DNA from: Abditibacteriaceae bacterium
GTDB lineage: Bacteria; Armatimonadota; Abditibacteriia; Abditibacteriales; Abditibacteriaceae
Assembly (NCBI GenBank): GCA_965277285.1
Contig: OZ255721.1
Coordinates: 1,248,001 to 1,312,000 of the forward strand
Reading direction: 5' to 3'
Length of the DNA stretch: 64,000 nucleotides
The first letter of the stretch is position 1. Each line of letters begins with the position of its first letter. The notes below the pieces were generated by a model. That model was not told the origin of the DNA, searched no databases, and saw only the letters and a program-made list of their open reading frames with translations. Below are positions 59,687-64,000 of this stretch, in pieces. A program made the position numbers and the translations under genes.

Positions 59687-60314
59687 AACGTATTTGCAAA
59701 CGGTTGAATCGGAATTGGGCGAGATGCGCGCAGCACGGCGCGAAGGCGAGTTGCGCGAAATGCGGCAGCACCTCGAAGCCATCGTCGCGCGCCTGACAGA
59801 AGGCGGCTTGAGCCAGGAAGAGGCGACCGAAGCCGCGATTGCGCAGTTCGGCGAGGCGCGGCAAGTCGGGCGCGAGTTGAAGAAAGTAGGAAATCGAAAA
59901 GAGTCTCTGCTGCGAACAATGGCGGCACCATTGGGCGGCGCGCTGTGCTATGTGATTTTAAGCCCTTGGATATCTATAATTGACGAGTTCATTACCAGGC
60001 TGACGGGTGTGGAACCGTGGCGACACAGTCCCATAGGTGTTTTTCTGCTGATCTGGCCTGTTGCGTTGGCCTCGGGCGCTGTGTCCGGCTTTATCTCGCC
60101 TAGTTGGGGTGCAAAGCTTGTGCTGGGTCTGACAGGCCTGTTGCTGGTTCTGATTGGAGTCGGTACGTGGTTTTCTTCGCCCATAACGAGTCAGCTTTTT
60201 TGGTCGGAGGCCACGCTTCCGGCGCTGCTTCTCAGCCACGTCTCAGGCATTTTGCTGGGCGCACGTTGGGCCAGTAGGCTCTCGCGAAGAAAGGCGCAAA
60301 GACAATTGGCTTGA
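59670..60314 (+). CDS. HAAS / permease-prefix domain membrane protein
   Basis: YL..V...L......R...L.E.RQHLE......G....EA..AAIAQFG; four TM; downstream of padR. Confidence 0.8.
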   Translation: MDKKLETYLQTVESELGEMRAARREGELREMRQHLEAIVARLTEGGLSQEEATEAAIAQFGEARQVGRELKKVGNRKESLLRTMAAPLGGALCYVILSPWISIIDEFITRLTGVEPWRHSPIGVFLLIWPVALASGAVSGFISPSWGAKLVLGLTGLLLVLIGVGTWFSSPITSQLFWSEATLPALLLSHVSGILLGARWASRLSRRKAQRQLA

Positions 60315-60515
60315 TACGCCATTATAGACATCCGGCGAGTTGCACGAGCTAACGTGAGCCAACACGATCATAAGCCAGCGAACGAAAGGCAGCGAACAAA
60401 TAACTGTTCGCTGCCTTTTCTTCTTGTGCCAGGAGTGAAGTGAGAAGAATTTCTTACAACCTCCGTACCGCATGATTTTCGGCTTCTGTCCCTCCGCTTA
60501 TCGAGTACTCGATTT

Positions 60516-61379
60516 TCACTTGCTCGTTGTGCGGCTTGGGTGCAGCAACGGATACAGCGTTTGCCAGCCGCGTTCCAGGCCTTCATCGAAACGTTCACCC
60601 TCATAAATCGGGTCTTCGTGTTCAATCGCCATACCGCCCTCGTAGCCGATTTCATCGAGCGCGGCGATGAAGTGCGTCCAGTTGATTTCGCCGTAGCCCG
60701 GAATGCGAAAGCGAAAAATGTCGCCCGTGATGCCGCCTCGATAGCGCGCTTCGGGCATCATTTCGGTATCTTTGGCGTGGACGTGATAAACGCGATCTTT
60801 GTATTCTTTCAGGGCACGAATGTGGTCGATGCCTTGCCAATACAAGTGCGACGGATCGAATTCAATTCCCAGAGCTTTCGACGGAACGAGTTTGAACCAG
60901 GCGTCCCACACATCGGGGCAACCGCCGAAATTGATCGGTTTGTGCGGCAAGCGCCCGTGAACGCTCATCCAGTTTTCAAAGGCTATGCACATTCCGCGAC
61001 GCTCGGCTTCTTCGGCGACCGGGCCAAAACGGTCGGCCCACAATTGAAGATTGGTATCCCAATTTTGGCTGGAATCGAAGCCGCTCATGCTGGAGATGAC
61101 GCGCACGCCCAGCTTTTCCGCTGCATCGAAAGCGCGTATATAAGCGGGCAGAACATTGTTTTCTTGCGGTGAGGAAAACGCCGCGCTGTAAGCCGCCAGA
61201 GCGGTGATTGCGATGTCGTTTTCTTTGCACAACTGCGCCGCCTGCTCGATTTTTTCGGCATCGAGTACTCGATCTTCAGCTTTGCCAAAAGCGCCCGTGC
61301 CCAGTTCCACGGCATCGAATCCCAAGCGTTTCGCTTTGGTGATGTCTTCAATCTTCCCCGTCAAAAAGCCCAGTTTCAT
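60516..61379 (-). CDS. Sugar phosphate isomerase/epimerase
   Basis: IAFENW, EFDPSHL.WQ, HVHAKD, R.PG.GEINW, IEHED. Confidence 0.9.
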   Translation of the reverse strand: MKLGFLTGKIEDITKAKRLGFDAVELGTGAFGKAEDRVLDAEKIEQAAQLCKENDIAITALAAYSAAFSSPQENNVLPAYIRAFDAAEKLGVRVISSMSGFDSSQNWDTNLQLWADRFGPVAEEAERRGMCIAFENWMSVHGRLPHKPINFGGCPDVWDAWFKLVPSKALGIEFDPSHLYWQGIDHIRALKEYKDRVYHVHAKDTEMMPEARYRGGITGDIFRFRIPGYGEINWTHFIAALDEIGYEGGMAIEHEDPIYEGERFDEGLERGWQTLYPLLHPSRTTSK

Positions 61380-61538
61380 CGTTACTCCATTCCTTTGTCC
61401 GGCTAAATATTTCACAACTATTTTACAAATGCCTCAGCCAATTGCGCACGGTTGGTTGAAGATATTTTCTCTCAGCATTTAGGAAACCGTTTGTCGATGT
61501 CATAAAACACAAGCCATCTCACAATGTATTTAGTGCCC

Positions 61539-61628
61539 GAAAATAGCAGTTTGTCATTCTGAGCGCAGCGAAGAATCTAACTTCAACCAGATTCTTCGTT
61601 GCGCTCAGAATGACAAACTGCTATTTTC
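61539..61628. repeat. Intact family B palindromic repeat
   Basis: GAAAATAGCAGTTTGTCATTCTGAGCGCAGCGAAGAATCT-N10-AGATTCTTCGTTGCGCTCAGAATGACAAACTGCTATTTTC. Confidence 0.85.
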
Positions 61629-61653
61629 ATGTTTTTCCCTTAGCTGGTGGCTT

Positions 61654-62598
61654 CTAACCTGTCACATCGTCTTCAGTTTTTTCTTTCATAGGAACACGCA
61701 CTTTCAAGGCCCGCGGCACGATCTCGCAGACCAGAGGCGTTTGCATTTCGACAACTTCACCATCGACTTGCAAATCGAGCGGCGGATCGCTGCGGATTTC
61801 GATGCGTTTCGCTTGGTAAAAAGAAACCGCGCGCTCGTGGCGAATATCGCCGAAAAACGTGCTCCACACCAAGCGAAACACATCGCGCAGAAAAAAGCGA
61901 TGCAGAATGCAAACGTCCAGCAAGCCGTCGTCCATTTTCGCGTCCGGCGCAAACTTCATTTTGCCGCCGATTTCGCCCGCATTGGCAATGACAATCGCCA
62001 CACCGCGCTTGCGCCGACTACTCTTCCCGTCGCACTTGAGCGTGAAAGTGACAGGACGCGCGCCCAATTCTTTCAACATCGCCAAGACGTAAGCCGCTTT
62101 TCCCAGCGTTTCTTTTTGCTCCGTACTCGCCTGCGAAACCAGGCGTTCGGTCAAGCCCAGGCCGACGCCGAGCGCAAAGAAATGCGGACCGCAGCGTCCC
62201 AAATCAATGACTTTGTTTTCGCCCGCGACAGCAATCGCAATCGCTTCTTCCACATCGTGCGGAATATCGAGCGCGGCGGCCAGCAAATTCGCGGTTCCGC
62301 CGGGCACAATCGACAAAACTGGCGCCTCGTTATCTTCCGCCGCTTGCCCTTCTTTTTGCATCTCGCGCGCCAGGCCATTGACGACCGACATCACGGTTCC
62401 GTCACCGCCGCACACGAGAATGTGTTTGGCGTCATCGCAATAAGCGCGGCGCGCCAGTTCGTCGCCTGCAACATCGGGCTGCGTTTCTATCATCGAGTAC
62501 TCGATGCCGCGCGCACGAAGCGCTTCTTCGATTTGCGCGCGAAAATCGTCGTCCGACGAGCCGGATTTGGGATTAAGAATGACAATGGTTTGGTTCAT
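61654..62598 (-). CDS. Diacylglycerol/lipid kinase family protein
   Basis: NPKSG, GGDGT, PGGTAN.LA..L.IP, DDGLLDV, QVDGE. Confidence 0.93.
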   Translation of the reverse strand: MNQTIVILNPKSGSSDDDFRAQIEEALRARGIEYSMIETQPDVAGDELARRAYCDDAKHILVCGGDGTVMSVVNGLAREMQKEGQAAEDNEAPVLSIVPGGTANLLAAALDIPHDVEEAIAIAVAGENKVIDLGRCGPHFFALGVGLGLTERLVSQASTEQKETLGKAAYVLAMLKELGARPVTFTLKCDGKSSRRKRGVAIVIANAGEIGGKMKFAPDAKMDDGLLDVCILHRFFLRDVFRLVWSTFFGDIRHERAVSFYQAKRIEIRSDPPLDLQVDGEVVEMQTPLVCEIVPRALKVRVPMKEKTEDDVTG

Positions 62599-62616
62599 GT
62601 TGCCTTTGGCGTTGAA

Positions 62617-62994
62617 ATGCGCAAAAATGTTCGCATGTGGGATGCTTATGCTACAAAATCAGAGGAATTTGAGTACGAGGAAAACCTTCGTGTCGTTCTT
62701 TCCTCGCCTGAAGTCTTTGCGCTTTTGGAGAATAGAAGTTCATTGCATGGCAATCAGTTCCGTTTGCTCCTCGAAAAAGCGACTGGAGAGTCTTGTTACT
62801 CCGATTGGACAGCGGAAAAAGTTCGCCAACTTGCAGCAAAAGTCGATTGGAACGCACCCAAACAATACTTGAAAGACATCCCGAACGTCTGGACTTTTTG
62901 GGATGAGAGCGAATTCTGGGATTCCTACGGGTGCTGCAAACTCTTCCTCGAAATTTGCGCATCTCACAATTTAGGCATTCACTTTTGCTGGTAA
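62617..62994 (+). CDS. Hypothetical protein (3' part of the 61741..62994 ORF)
   Basis: Fills the gap between the lipid kinase and gluconokinase genes; AT-richer; start uncertain (62617 or 62635). Confidence 0.5.
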   Translation: MRKNVRMWDAYATKSEEFEYEENLRVVLSSPEVFALLENRSSLHGNQFRLLLEKATGESCYSDWTAEKVRQLAAKVDWNAPKQYLKDIPNVWTFWDESEFWDSYGCCKLFLEICASHNLGIHFCW

Positions 62995-62998
62995 ATCT

Positions 62999-64000
62999 TC
63001 AATGGACAGAACTGCCATACAACTTGGCATACAGTGCGTTTTGCCGATCCAGAGCGCGCGCATAAATTTGATGATGCGTCATTTTGGGTTGCAAGGTTTC
63101 GCCACGTTCGGCGGGAATCGTGCCAGCATCTTCGATTTCTCCGCACGCTTCGAGCGCCATCAACGCGGCGCCGCGCGCGCTCGCTTCGGCTTCTTGCGAC
63201 ATCAACAACGGCACGCCCAGGCAATCGCACATGATTTGTGTCCAAACCGGCGAATGTCCCAGCGCGCCGCCGCTCGCCACGATTTTCACGCTGTCATTCG
63301 GCGTCGGCTGGTTTCGAGTACTCGATAACGTTTTGGAGGCGTTTTCAATCGCTTCAAACAACAGTTCGGCAACCGCTCCAAAACGCAACGAACTGGCTTC
63401 CAGGCAAGCGCGCAAAATTTCCAGCGAATTGGTGTCGAGCGTCGCGCCTTCGAGAGCAAAGCGCGCATTCGCGTTCCACAAAGGCGAACGTTCGCCCGCC
63501 AAAAACGGCAAAACTGTCAGGCCGTGCGCGTCCGGTTCGAGTTTGGCGATTTGCGTTTCGGCATCGTCGGGAAAGACGAAAGTTTTGCGCGCCCACGCAT
63601 AAACCACTCCGCCATTGGACAAAGCGCCGCCCAGCAAAACGCGCTTTTTATCGACGCGATAACGCCACAAACCTGTGGGCGCCGCATCTTGATAATCGTG
63701 CAACACGACGCGCATGGCGCCACTTGTCCCGACGTTGAGCGCGATTTGTTGCGCATCCACGCAACCGCTGCCGATGTTGGAACACGCGCCGTCGCCCAAA
63801 GCGGGAAACCATTTCGCACTTGTCAATTGCGGCCAGCGTTTTTGATATTCATCGCGCAACTCGCCCAAAGGCTGGTTCGCGTCGCACAAAGGCGCCAAGT
63901 TTTCGCGCGCAATCGGCAAAGCCTTCAAAGTTTCGTCGTCCCAATCGCAATTGTTCTGGTTGAAAAGTCCGGTTCCCGACGCCATGGAAAGCGAAGCGCG
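62999..64000 (-). CDS. gntK: FGGY-family sugar kinase, gluconokinase-like (5' end outside window)
   Basis: ASGTGL.N, GDGACSNIGSG, NVGTSGAMR, GGALSNGG, LPFLAGERSP.W, EASARGAA. Confidence 0.85.
   Translation of the reverse strand, partial: RASLSMASGTGLFNQNNCDWDDETLKALPIARENLAPLCDANQPLGELRDEYQKRWPQLTSAKWFPALGDGACSNIGSGCVDAQQIALNVGTSGAMRVVLHDYQDAAPTGLWRYRVDKKRVLLGGALSNGGVVYAWARKTFVFPDDAETQIAKLEPDAHGLTVLPFLAGERSPLWNANARFALEGATLDTNSLEILRACLEASSLRFGAVAELLFEAIENASKTLSSTRNQPTPNDSVKIVASGGALGHSPVWTQIMCDCLGVPLLMSQEAEASARGAALMALEACGEIEDAGTIPAERGETLQPKMTHHQIYARALDRQNALYAKLYGSSVH

Overview
Mostly core-genome DNA (roughly 55% GC by eye) from a diderm bacterium. The mix of secretin/Tad genes, a GT9, rny-spoVS and the repeat types suggests Armatimonadota/Abditibacteriota, but this is inference only. 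Gene content: lysS with a KTSC tail, rpoZ, bioU-(vanX-like)-bioF-bioD, tsaE-tsaB-rimI-tsaD, thiE-thiL, cpaE/cpaC/cpaB, murJ, thrC-Ubl-NIL, pabB, tmRNA, rny-spoVS, peptidases and sugar enzymes, one complete IS5-family element and several REP/MITE-like repeat families. The dominant unexplained signal is the 12-bp palindrome TCGAGTACTCGA, usually flanked by A/T on both sides. By hand I count 58 perfect copies plus about 18 near-copies in 64 kb, against about 0.004 expected by chance. It lies inside genes in all three frames (giving RVLD/E, SSTR and EYS peptides), at gene boundaries and at the core of terminator hairpins, and it is absent from the IS and from an AT-rich TIR gene. It behaves like a HIP1- or DNA-uptake-sequence-type genome signature with a sequence I do not recognise. 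Second, a TIR protein beside tmRNA has a C-terminus resembling a replisome domain (DnaX tau C-terminal or DnaA domain I type), a possible decoy-sensor anti-phage protein. All calls come from motif recognition; no database searches were run.
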